Shown here: in pieces, positions 20,701 to 31,445 of the stretch
Layout of the letters: every line of letters starts with the position of its first letter
How positions within the stretch are numbered: position 1 is the first letter of the stretch
DNA from: Catajapyx aquilonaris
Taxonomy: Eukaryota
NCBI GenBank assembly: GCA_000934665.2
Contig: JYFJ02002402.1
Span: 1 to 57,468 of the forward strand
DNA: 57,468 nucleotides
Direction: 5' to 3'
Program-made: the position numbers and the translations under genes
Notes under the pieces: generated by a model
The model's input: only the letters and a program-made list of their open reading frames with translations
Databases searched by the model: none
What the model was told of the DNA's origin: nothing

Positions 20701-23298
20701 AGTGGCTCCGATGTTATAGGGTTCATGGAGCAAGGGTTCGGTTCCGTTCCCAATCCTGATTATAGTACCTCCGTATAAGAGTAAGGACGATTTGTGTGAC
20801 AGTAAGAATTATCGTGGCATTAGCTTGTTAAGTTGTATGCTAAGGTTTTCATAGAAAGAGGTAAGAGGGTCACAAGTAAGAGAATACTGAATATTCAGAG
20901 AGGGTTTATGTCGGGTAAGAGTTGCGTAGATCAGATATTCTGTATGATACTCGTGATAGAAAAGTATTTAGTTGTAAGCAATGTTGCCTTTGTAGACTTA
21001 AGAGAAAGCATAGTAGGGAAGGTTTGTGGAAAGTTCTGCGTCTATATGGAGTGAAGGGTTTCTTGCTGGGCTGTAAAGTCATTGTATGAAGAGAAGGCAC
21101 GAGGAAAACTGGTTGAGCAGGTCAACCAGTTTGTATACCTGGGTAGTGTCCCTGAGAGTAATGGTAGAATGGATGGGGAAATTGACAGGAGAGTTAGTTC
21201 TGGGTTGAAAGTGATAGGTGCCACAAGTAGGTTTTCTAGAAATAAGGACTTATCTTCTGCCTGTAGGTTGTCTGTCTATTCTCACGTTATTGTTCCTTCA
21301 CTTATGTATGGTAGTGAAGCGTGGGTTTGGTCAGACAGGCATAAGAGGAGGGTGTTGGCTACAGAGATGCATTATCTCCAGGCTGTTTGTGGGGTTACTA
21401 AGTTGGATAAGATTATGAATGAAGAGATTTTGCAGAGGTGTAATGTTAAGGAGACTGTTAACGATAAGGTGTGGAGGTCTACTCCAAGGTGGTTTGGCCA
21501 TGTGGAGAGGATGAAGGAGTGAACCTGGCCCAACCCATTCACTAAATTGGTTAGATAAGTACATACATCGTTTGTTTAGCTTTTGCTTACGTTTGTTTCG
21601 GTGGTCCCATCGTTTGTTTCGGAACAGATTCTTTGCTATTTAAGAAACAATGTGGATGGGGCTAACTTTACAGTGGGCAACCCATTCACTAAATTGGTCA
21701 GATAAGTACATACCAAACCTTGTTTGTTTACGTTTGTTTAGGCGATAGCATCATTTGTAATATACTATGGTTTCTATAAAAAAACCCTGTGCAGCTAACT
21801 TCACGCTAGCCCATATGACATTTCGTTACTAAAATAAACCTTATGGAGGAGATTGTGAAGAAGGTTTATTTGGTGGAGTTGTTGGTAAGAGGGGCAAGGG
21901 TAGGCCTAGGAAGACATGGTTCGACCAGGTGGGTCAGCTGGCACCTCCCACTTTTCAAATTTCCACGTATGGTCCAAGAAGGTGATGAGAGTACCCAGCG
22001 CCGGATTTACAGCAAGGCAACCTAGGCAGTTGCCTAGGACGGCAGATTTCAAGGGGCGGCAAATTTAGGCATAAAAAATGAGTAAACTACGAAAAATTAA
22101 TAATTACGCGACTGAAAGCAGCGCCTGATTTACCATTGGGCAGAGTAGGCAATTGCTGCAAGTTGCAATAAATATTTTTCAAGTAGGCTACAATAATAGG
22201 AAATAAAAGCGAAATCATTTCAAAAATTTCTCCGGGATGTTCTCAGCGCCAGATTTGCCACTAGGCAGAAAAGCCTATGGTCTGCCATAAGTTGAAAGAG
22301 TTGAAATATAAATTTTTGTATAAAATCAAATGAAATAAAGGAGAGAACGCGACAAATTGAATTTTTAAACGGCACTGGGGAGGGGGGGGGGGGGATCTCA
22401 ACTGCCCAGGGGCGGCCCAGAGGGTAAATCCGTCACTGAGAGTACCAAGTGAAGTGAACATTATCTTATTAAAATCATTCCAGCGGCAAAGGAAATATTA
22501 CTTAGGGGCTTCTACTTATGTAGCTTCCTTATGTAGCTTGATATTGAGATATGGTGTACGTATGTAATTGTTTTATAAAGTAACAACATTCTTTCAAAAA
22601 CGTCACTTATGCCAACTGGAAACTTGGGGTCCTTTGTAGAAATTTGAAAAGTGGGAGGTGCCAGAGGTGCATTCTTGGGGGTCTGCTCCCCATAGTATAG
22701 AAAAGATGACCATTATATTTGATACTATAATTTTTTACACCTTAAATTAGTTGGTGCAGATGAGAAATTTCTCTAAAAATTGGATAGGGTGATGTTGTAA
22801 TTTTAAAATCCTTTGGAACACCCTTGAACTGTGTGACCAAATTGCTAGTTCCTGAACAAGCTTTCTTAACGTTCAGTTCAAAGGCATCATCTTATCTACA
22901 AGTGGTGTCAGGGGTACATGTTAACTTCCCGTGTGTGTATTTTAAAATAGAAGCCATTCTTACGTTTTTCCTTGGTTCTCTCTTGACAACCGGACACTGC
23001 GGCGCATCTCCTTCATGTGCTGTGCCATAACTACCTCACGAGTAAGAGCAGGTGGTGGGTTACTCTCTTGTGCCTTACGGAGAATGCCATTTCTCTTGCG
23101 CCCACTCCCCTCGTACAGGTAGTGGATCAGTTCAGGCGGATTGTCATCAATTGGGTTGCCCAACTCATTGTTAGTTGGACATTCCTTTGGGATGACGGCC
23201 TGTTGCTCTTCGGAAACATGGCGGCAGCTGGTTGCTACAGCTTTATTGCTCTTTCCTTTCCCCACTCCCTTCTGCTTTCTTCTTTTCTTCCCAACCAT
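8785..23298 (-). CDS. MGA: MGA (MAX gene-associated)/Ocm-like protein with MGA cysteine-rich domain and C-terminal bHLH-Zip; exons 23298-22964, 19008-17353, 16871-16215, 15337-13857, 13734-12761, 12566-12450, 12383-12269, 10256-8785; 2268 aa
   Basis: CGKDHCSLGCVCESIRGEWAHIPEHCGRVECMFQCRC matches the recalled MGA/DUF4801 domain. CMDHLRYCCKC spans exons 3/4. RRTHEKDRRRRNAQLLKNL...TLEMAASLSHKLQETSDKLAEEHAEVAQRNKALLGQYNHLL fits a Myc/Max-family bHLH-Zip. Exon phases are consistent and the 6807 nt total is divisible by 3. Orthology is inferred from motifs only. Confidence 0.8.
10416..10491. mobile_element. 76-bp palindromic MITE, PIF/Harbinger-like (TAA TSD)
   Basis: AGCCACGTTTACAT...GATCAGCGATGTT ac AACATCGCTGATC...ATGTAAATGTGGCT flanked by TAA on both sides. 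Confidence 0.75.
10495..10684. mobile_element. TTAA-flanked MITE (Kolobok/piggyBac-type target)
   Basis: TTAA|AGAGCCACTGTCTCCAAA ... TTTGGGACAGTGGCCTT|TTAA. Confidence 0.55.
11191..11366. mobile_element. Tc1/pogo-type MITE remnant
   Basis: TAC...GGTGTATAAGACG at the left end and GCATCTTATATGCCGTAAAATACTGTA at the right form degenerate TIRs with TA ends. Confidence 0.55.
11759..12048. mobile_element. hAT (Charlie-like) MITE
   Basis: TIRs CAGTTGTTCCCAACC / GGTTGGGAACCCCTG; decayed 8-bp TSD CAGCGTGG/CAGTACGG. Confidence 0.7.
12384..12449 (-). other. Non-canonical GC-AG intron (66 nt) within the bHLH of the MGA-like gene
   Basis: Donor ATG|GCAAGA, branch-like ACTAAT, acceptor CCCCCCAG|GCT. The intron contains an in-frame TAA. 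Removing it joins helix 2 to the zipper in register, and no usable GT lies at this position. Confidence 0.75.
17118..17306 (+). mobile_element. 5'-truncated tRNA-derived SINE with a V-domain-like core and (CAAC)n tail
   Basis: B-box GAGTTCAATCC at 17132; core TTCTCGCCATGTTTGCGTGGGTTTCCTCGGGGTTCTCCTGTTTACTCCCAC; tail CAACCACAACCAACCAACC. Confidence 0.65.
19812..20758. mobile_element. hAT-type foldback MITE (947 bp) inserted in the LINE
   Basis: Perfect 8-bp TSD ATTATAGT (19804-19811, 20759-20766); ends CAGGGTTGTGAACCGAACCGAACCC / GGGTTCGGTTCCGTTCCCAATCCTG; long inverted arms. Removing it restores DAIIVPPYK in the LINE. Confidence 0.92.
20091..20383. mobile_element. Tc1/mariner-type MITE nested at the centre of the hAT element
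   Basis: TA|CAGGGTGTACCG ... CGGTACACCCTG|TA with internal ATGTCA-rich subrepeats. Confidence 0.75.
21938..22664. mobile_element. Inverted-repeat element (host of the hAT MITE at 21996-22438)
   Basis: CTGGCACCTCCCACTTTTCAAATTT at the left end and its reverse complement AAATTTGAAAAGTGGGAGGTGCCAG at the right. Confidence 0.65.
21996..22438. mobile_element. hAT MITE (443 bp)
   Basis: Perfect 8-bp TSD AGAGTACC; TIRs CAGCGCCGGATTTAC / GTAAATCCGTCACTG. Confidence 0.9.
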
Positions 23299-24551
23299 CT
23301 AAACTCCTGAAACGAATAATGAAAATCTCAAATCATGGGGAATCCTCCATATTTTAAAGTTGTATAATCCTCAGTGGAATCATATCAGAATTCATTCCTC
23401 TTTCAAATTTATGTTACCCATTTTCTCAGAATTATGATACATGTACAGGCTGCTTGAAAATAAATTCACGTGGGCATGATATAACAAGTAAAGGATGTCA
23501 TTCTGAATCATAAAGTTCGCCAGTGTTGTCACCATGACATGATTTATACCTCAAACGAAACTGTCTTTACTATGTTCTTTTCTTGTCTTCTAATTTTGTA
23601 CTAAACTAACAGCACTACATTCTGATTATCCGTATGAATAAGGCATACTGATACACAATCATCTCTCAAACAGGGCCAGTGAGGCACTCATAATTGCATA
23701 CATACAAAACACTGCTCAACAAAATAGAGCCTCAGCTGCAATTTTGACTGTAAATCATTTCAATTGAAATTAAGTGCCAAAAAATCACTAGCCTCTGGAT
23801 TTTTCAGTTGGAACACTTTATAACACAACCTGCCAAGTGGAATTTTACTGTGTTTTGTTTCAAGGGATGTGTAACAAGATGGACAGCAATCTTCTATTCA
23901 GTTGCACTAAGAAATTGAAATATTTGCATGTCCTCCTAACTTTGATCACTAAAAGGAATAGTGAAATGAGATATCTTATCTCTGACAAGAAGTTATGCAC
24001 CAACATAATTATTCGGTTGGCCATCTACTGAAGATTAATGTTTAAATTTAACTAACAGTTATCAGTGAATTGCAGGTTGGATAATCTTTTGGCTTCACTT
24101 TTTTCTTTTCTTCAAAAGTATTTAACTTGAGTGCTCAAAGAGTTCTGTAAGCTTGAATCTTGCATCTTCATTTCTACATAAATTATATCATATTCAAATA
24201 ATTTTCACTAATAAATGAGGTATTTTTATATGTTCTAAAACCAGTCACAGTGGTCTATCTCTGCTTACAATTTCCATGTTTATTCACAGTCCCACTCTAC
24301 AGAACACAACATTGTGTTCCAACTGCCTAAAAATAAGCAGCTTATTTAGTGTCTACAAATATTGCTTATGGACAATTCATAGGTACACCCATAATTAATA
24401 TTAAATACAAGTTCTTATCTGGGTACCAGGATCCAAAAGGAAAACCATATCCCAGCAGGACCTGAATACCCAAATTCCTACGTAAGCTTGTGGCATAGCA
24501 GCCAATTTCCTATCCCAGTTTTCCTAACTTGATGTGTGCAGATAAGAATTA

Positions 24552-24887
24552 CAGTGGTGCATCAATTATCCGAACACCGATCAATTGAACCATCGGTTAA
24601 CTGAACGTTTTTGGGTCGGCAAAAAAAAAACGAGCCTCGGCTCTCAAGCAAAAGAAATTGGCCTTTCCCCGCCCTAAACTGTAGGACTACTTCATGTAAG
24701 GACAGTAAGGTATATGTACAGTATTTTTAAGACGTGCTTGTGACAGAAAATATAGAGTTTTGTGGTTATATCACTGTTTCTTAGTTTCATATTGCTCCTA
24801 TGACACCTGTGCAATTTTTTCCCGTAAATGATCGGTTATCCGAACACCCCCTTGGCCAACTCTGTTCGGATAATCGATGCTCCACTG
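24552..24887. mobile_element. Tigger/pogo-type MITE
   Basis: TA|CAGTGGTGCATCAATTATCCGAAC ... GTTCGGATAATCGATGCTCCACTG|TA. Confidence 0.85.
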
Positions 24888-25828
24888 TACTTGAATTGTA
24901 CTAAATTATACCAGTTTTAATGTCCATCTGACATTGTGCACAGCAGCCATCTTGATTTCAAATTTGGAAGAAGTTTAGTGCAATGTGCCATTTGGTTACT
25001 TTCCTTGAGTTGGGAGTTGAGTTCCTTCGAGTCTCAAGGAATCCCATCTGAGATGAGACCGATATGACTCGAAGTACGTATGAGCAGTTGGTCTTGCTTT
25101 TTAATATGGCCAAGCCCAGCAATTAAAAATTAAGCACTCCAAGTAAGTAATTTGCACTCCAGATGAAAGCCTGGAGTGCAAACCTTGACAAAAAAGTGCA
25201 AATTCAACCCCTGAAATGTCGTCAAGTTTCACAGATTTTGTGAAACTCTAGCAGATGATCTTGTTTGCCTTCATTTAAGGCAGGTCAGATCCCCTTGCAG
25301 GTTGTAAAAGAATGAGTCCACACAGCCTAATATTAGTAGCTAGATGGTCATTAAAGATTACACCTGAGATTAAGCAGCTTAATGCCAAAATAGTCATACC
25401 AATTGGACAAGTACAGTATTTTAGATCACCCTGTATTGCCAGGCATTGCATGGTGCAATTGAGTCCCATACTTGCCACTGTTAAAGGGAAAGATCTTTGA
25501 AAAGGCTAAGGAAACTCCATATGATGAAAGTGATCTACGAAGGCAAGATTCTGACATCATTGTCACCAGCAATGAACCATTCGATGTGAGAATTAAAACG
25601 TATCACTGCCTGTAAACTGTTCTAAGGTGTACCATATGAAGCAGTGGAACGAAGAGTATACCTATTTCCTGACACCCTATACATGTATGTATGTACATGT
25701 ATGTACGACACCTTGTATCATACTTTGTAATTAACATTTATTACCAAACTTTTTCCCCCCATCACATTTACACCCTTTTTGACCTCAACATAAATAGCCT
25801 ACTGTATAAGTGTATATTTATCATAATA

Positions 25829-26493
25829 CAGGGTCATCGAAAAAGAATGTCTCAATGTTTTTTTGAAATGCTAAGAAAGGTCTAAAGTTTTTGTCTCACC
25901 TTAGTTTGTTTCAATGTGAGCTTAATTTGTTGATCAGCGAATAAAAAAACCGGTATCCGATATCGAGTCAAACCCGCTCAATCATATCTGAAGTTACAGT
26001 TGCGATCCTACCCTGCAGGTGCTGGAGATAATGGGCCTTTACACCACACACATTGCTCTTGATGATTCACATAAAAAGTCACCTCATTCATGAAACAAAC
26101 CTGCCATAGGAAAGTTCCATTTGTTCAGCCCCCCAGTGTGCAAAGTCTTCAATGAAAAGTGTCCCAATGCCTAGCCTCCTAAAAGCCCAGATCGTACCCA
26201 GATGGACTTTTTTTTGTGGCGATACATGTATGGTGAAAAGCTCCGGCATCGCCAGCACCTATGGGATAGGATCACAATGGTGACTTCAGTCATGTCTGAT
26301 CAGGTTAGGCACGACACCTATTACCGTATTTACATTTTTTGAGGGACAAATGGAGTTCATATCAAAACAAATTTAGGTGAGACCAAAACTTTAGACATTT
26401 TTTAGTATTTCAAAACTTAAATCATTTAGATATGTCTACAAGTTTTCGAGTTATAGGGTTTTTAACTAGAGACATTCTTTTTCGATGACCCTG
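25829..26493. mobile_element. Tc1/mariner-superfamily deletion derivative built from two inverted transposase 3' ends
   Basis: 25-bp perfect TIR CAGGGTCATCGAAAAAGAATGTCTC. The + strand reads *PPKSPDRTQMDFF(L)W...HLWDRI (WPPRSPDLTPLDFFLW motif); the left arm carries the same C-terminal region on the - strand. Confidence 0.85.
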
Positions 26494-26925
26494 CATATCC
26501 ATTTCAAAAAAATAAAAAATAAAAAAATAAAAAATAAAAAAAGTTAAAATCCAACAAGACGGTAATAAGTTGGAGTGTTAAAATGGTGCACAGTGAACAC
26601 ATCCGGCTGCCAGCTGCATATCCCAGGAATTGCAACACTCTCCGACATTTCATTACAAATAATACCATGTGCCCATTGGGCCAGATATGGATAAAAAGGA
26701 GAGATTCACAAGCCAAACGAAATGCAACCTTTTACCTCCAGTTGGTCCTACTGCATGTATATGTACAGGATGGCCATCAAGTCTGTACACATAGGTAAAT
26801 TGTAGGTTTTCAGGAGTCCACCAACTACTACTACACTGTAAACTGCAAACCATTAAAAGAGCATCATTATTGAGTCGATTTTTAATGCTATTGTAATGCT
26901 CTTTTCTGAGATTCATAGGGAAATG

Positions 26926-27694
26926 GGGTGGAATTTTCGTCCCACTGCTAGTTACTAACTTGCAGTACCAGTGTTGGGGATGGTTACTGCTAACTTAGCA
27001 GTAAGTAGCAGTGGAAGGAAAATTCTACCCATGGTCTTTTGTGATATTGTAATGTAAGTGACCATAATCATTGGCAAGTGCATAAGATGTGCTATTAAAG
27101 AATAAGTTTATTAGCGTGTATGACTACGTAATATTGTAGGGGCAACTTCCCCCTAAAAAGGTATTAACCTTATGGGCTATAATGAATTTAATTTTTAAAT
27201 ACTTTTGTAATACTTGGGTGGAATTTTCGTCCCACTGATAGTTACTGCTAACTTTGCTGTACCAGTGTTGGCAATGGTAGGCTACTTCTAAGTTAGCAGT
27301 ATCCAGCCCCCGGACACTTCCCCTACAATCTTATCTTATCGCCTGCCGGGGCATTTTGCATGAGGTGCTCACCTGAGAGCGCCATGAGACCTTTCACTGC
27401 GCTATTATGTGGCGACCCTACCGGACTACACTTAACTTTATAGGTACAAAATGGAAGTGCTACATTGGGGGACCCAACATGGTCGCCGGTGGCCATGTTG
27501 GACCTGCATGTAGCGGCTTCTCTTCTAACTTAGTTCAGCGTAGTCCGGTAGGGTCGCCACATAATACCGCAATGAAAAGCTGTCTCAAGTGAGCACCTCA
27601 TGCAAAACTCCCCGGCAGTTGATAAGAGGAAGTGTCCAGACCGTAGTATTCTAAGACCACGGCAGTAACTATCAGTGAGACAAAAATGCCACCC
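26926..27694. mobile_element. Two GGGTGGAATT...AATTCCACCC-type MITEs (26926-27030; 27216-27694, the latter with a nested ~330-bp foldback at 27313-27638)
   Basis: Shared GGGTGGAATTTTCGTCCCACTG..AGTTACT..TAACTT.GCAGTACCAGTGTTGG core; nested arms ATTATGTGGCGACCCTACCGGACTAC / GTAGTCCGGTAGGGTCGCCACATAAT. Confidence 0.75.
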
Positions 27695-28199
27695 CTTTTT
27701 TGTTGCTAAAAAGCATTACGAGAGCATTAAAAATTGATGCTCCATTGGGAGACTCTTAATTTCTTAACGGCATTGTCCTAAGCATGGGGTATCCAGCGAT
27801 GACGTAATGTATGCAACACCTTGCCATCTCGTACTGTAGTAATGCCATTTTAATGGTTTGCGGGTTACAGTGTATACACTACAATTACCAATGTGCCCAG
27901 ACTTTTGGGCCACCTTGTAGTTAGGTAAGCTACTAGGCTGTAGGTTCATCCAGACTGCCTTTTATTATATTTCCTTGTAACCTGACCAGCTATTGCACAC
28001 CTGGGCCCGCTTATCACCTGCCCATTATGCTGCAGCTGGCCTCAGCCCCACCCTTTCATGGCCATAATATGTCTCATGTTCACCTAGTCCTATGCATCAA
28101 CAGTACAAGTCAATGTCCTCAAACGTGTCGTCTTCCAAGCCCATTACGCTTTACGCCGTTTCGATACTATCGGCCGCACCGGACATGCGCTGGGCCCAC

Positions 28200-29050
28200 C
28201 CACCAATTCCCTTATTAAACCTGCCCCCACGACCTGCACCCAAATTGGCAGAAAACCTTGCAAAAATGTCCGGAATCGCATAAATAAAACATGCCACATT
28301 GAAACCACCAGCAGCGCCACCACACCTGTAGCGTCAGAAGCCTGCAACTCACCTCTTTAAAAAAATACCAATCAGTTCCGCCCACTTTCCCTCCCTTAGG
28401 CCCGAACCAAGTGTCGGCCCCGGTGTCCAAGCCTGATCCTGACCTCCTTGCGGTGTGGACGGACCCACTCTGGGAGGTTCAGACCCGGGAGAAGTCACGC
28501 ACAAACGGGTCTGAATCACCGGAGCCAACTTGAGCTGCATAAAAGCGTGCATCTATTGGCAAGATGGCCGACCCAGAGTTGCCAGGCCCAGCTGGGTCTG
28601 AGAAGGAGCGACCTGGAGCCGTCGAACGTGGCAGGGGTCACCAACTTTTAAGATGGGGTGGGTCGAGGGCAGGATGGACCCCGGGGCGAGCACTGGGTCA
28701 CTACCAGGGCGGACCGGGGGCTGGTACAAAGCGGTTGGGAATTCGCCATCGGTTGGCAGCCCTGAGACGCGAGACTGTCAGGCGCCATTTTGATATTGCG
28801 AAGCTTTGGAAATGCAACTGCGTGGCCTCTGACCTTATGGGCCATGGGAAAGCCCCCCGGAAGGTCAACAAATGTCGAGATACTCTCATCAGCAAGAAAT
28901 TCACCAACTTTTTCTCGGCTTTAAAGTCGTTTACAAGAGAATTGATCGGAGGAGAAATCTGCGCGCGCAGCTTTCGAGAGTTGCGCCACAGCCTTGCGTA
29001 CGATCGATTGCACTATCCAACATGGCGACTCTACAAGTTGAAAGGGAACT
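28200..29050 (-). promoter_or_regulatory. CpG-rich putative promoter and 5'UTR exon of the MGA-like gene
   Basis: GC/CpG-rich island; YY1/Pho-type AAAATGGCG on the - strand (~28783-28791), CAAGATGGCCG (28560) and CAACATGGCG (29018); strong minus-strand donor GAG|GTGAGT at 28353/28352. An in-frame TAG sits directly before ATG 23298, which suggests non-coding upstream exon(s). Confidence 0.55.
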
Positions 29051-30049
29051 GTAGTAGGCAGCTGGATGGTGTAGCTTGGAAAGTTTGGCAGATGGACAGA
29101 AAATATTATTGAACCAAGAAAAAGAGATGCGCTACAGATTACCTATTGTTACCAGCCTTTCAATCTCAACCACATCTAAATAATATCAAAGTCCTTTTCA
29201 TGCCTTAGAACTCAGACCATTATTATACCAGCAGCTCCAATAATATAATTTATTCGCGTACAATATAACTATTATAACTGCTTTTTATTAGTGACCGCGC
29301 AGGGGCAGCACAAGTCCTACTATTTCGCTCAACATGATCTGGTGATTACCCCGTAGGCCTACGCAGCCTAGGCCTACCACAGCTTTTGAAATTTAATTTG
29401 CAATTTTGATTATTCAGCTGCTCATTTCCACACAAAAACTTTTCGCTTAGGGGACGTCTTGCTCACGGTATCCCGATAGTTTGGGATCGTATCGCAACTC
29501 GCTTCGTCAGACGTGGTGAACACGCACACAATGGAATACGTAGCCTGTGTTGTCACCCTCATATTGAGAGATAAATTTTTGCCCCAAATATTTCCCAGGA
29601 AATTCCTGTCATTTCATGGGCGAATTCCTCATTTTGCATGACGTAATGCCTACTCTAAGTGTGGGCTTGAAACATATGGTACTCAGCCAACTGAGCCAAA
29701 GGTGCTAGCTACTGAAGAATGAGAGCTTTTGAGGGCTTTTCATGTGGTCATTGTTCATCAAAGTGAAATTCTCAGAACAAGAGTGGAGATATAATTGCTG
29801 CAATGGATGATACAAGTTCAGCACTAACTGATATGACAAAAGACTAGAATGAATGGTCAAAAAACCGGGCTTAATTTGTACCTATATGATGGCCCTAGCA
29901 TACACAAAGTGTCTCTATAGGTGTATGGGCCTATACCGGAGATAGAGTCTGAGCATTTGTGGACAATATGGGACAGTAATGTGGAGCATAGCTATATATT
30001 TCTAATTATTTCAACTCGTGAAATGTCATTTCTATTTGTGACAGCCAAG

Positions 30050-31445
30050 CAAAAGAAAACGTGCATTTAAATGATGGGTCTCAACTTGCTACTGTTGAAG
30101 TGAGTTGTTTGTGGTTGTAGATTCGTTGCACCATCTTTAAAGGGCCATTTCTAATATAACTTTAGCTACTTTACTAGCACAGACTAGAACTAGAAATCGC
30201 CCACATAGTTTTCGTCAATAATATGGTTGGTTGCTTCCTTTATGGGGGATCAGGTGGATCAAGAAATTACTTTGGTGCAGTTACTTCTAGCAGTGATCGA
30301 GATATTACCTGATAATATTGGGTGGAATTAATGCATGTCTTTTAACATGATGCACAAGGGTCAAGTAGGTCCAACTCGGTCCAACCATTTACCTCATGCA
30401 CAATAGATCAAAAAGTCAAAGAAATTCAGGACCTGAGTGAATAATTATATACTCAGCTAACACTAGTTGCTAATATTTTTGAGTGGTGCTGCAAAGAACT
30501 ATTTGAAGGTAACTGCTTAATAATTAGCAGACTAATGACAGAAATCGCTAAACACTATGGGTATTTCAGTTGATTGAAATTCCAGATTGGATGGCATATC
30601 AATATTCCCACACTGAATAAATTGGTCGTGAAGAAAAAAAATTAATCAAACTACTAAAAGTCACTGAGCTGAAGTTTACCAAAATTTTGGTTACAGAAGA
30701 CCCTATGCAACCCTGCACTTTCTATCAGCCGAGATTAATAAGTTGCGCTCCTTCAATTTATAGAAACGTTTGGGGGAATGTGGTTTTGTATGGAGTCTCC
30801 AGCATTTATAGACAATCAAAATAATATAGGCTACTCCTGGCAAGCTAACCTCCAAGGAGACTGCACATGACCAATTTTCCGACATTGCACTTGCACCCGT
30901 GTCCCATCCCTGAAAAATCCCCATCCCTACCTCATATACTTTCTTCCCTGGATGGAGTTTGAAGAAAATACGAAAAATTGAATGGAAAATATGGTGGCGT
31001 TCCACCCCCATAATATAGGGGCCCTGGCCCTAGCACGGGGTATTTAAGCCACATTGCTTAGTAGTTGTGCAAACTTCTACAGCTGTAGCTGGCGCAGTGG
31101 ACAGATGAACTGACATGCCCCCGGCCAGACTCAATAATTGTGGGAATCGTTTTTCGTCGCGACTCTATCTACATTTCCTCGACCTGCGGCGACCCTGTAT
31201 GACCCCCCTCCCCTCCAGTCCCGATTTCCCCCGAAAATGTTTACTACCAAAATGTTCAACCAGGTACAATGCTCATGCAGATTTGCAATGAATTTCATCT
31301 AAACTTTCTTTGTTTGCCTAATTTTTCGATCTCGTTTGTCCATATTTTTATTCCCCTTGATCACGGCCTTCCCCGGGACCCCTTTAAAAACATGCTGGTG
31401 ACTCCATTTTTGGTCGAGATCCAGGGGTTGGGGAACCACTCACTG
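30050..31445 (+). pseudogene. Highly degenerate hAT Buster/Charlie-type transposase relic with right TIR
   Basis: Fragments EIPDWM (~30576), ELKF..YQNFWLQK (~30666-30700, frameshifted) and ECGF (~30777) resemble the hAT C-terminal dimerisation region; GGTTGGGAACCACT end at ~31426-31440. Confidence 0.5.

Larger units (their letters stand above)
19025..21935 (+). mobile_element. Degenerate RTE-like non-LTR retrotransposon (LINE) ORF2 relic, antisense within the first coding-region intron of the MGA-like gene and interrupted by insertions
   Basis: Motifs in order: APE end GSDHYLVVSRL; WWNEEVAKAV; RWGEYFKDLL; LKLGKSPGVD; PRDWRDAIIVP.YK; KNYRGISLLS; QRGFMSGKSCVDQIF; AFVDL; EQVNQFVYLGS; LMYGSEAW; RWFGHVERM; GRPRKTW. 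It carries frameshifts and the YADD core is deleted. Confidence 0.9.

Noticed and set aside
19120..21522. Functional reverse transcriptase or host gene
   Set aside because: Frameshifts, stops, a deleted catalytic YADD region and MITE insertions mark it as a dead LINE.
28564..29112. 182-aa plus-strand ORF
   Set aside because: Lies in a GC-rich promoter island where stops are scarce; no recognisable motif.
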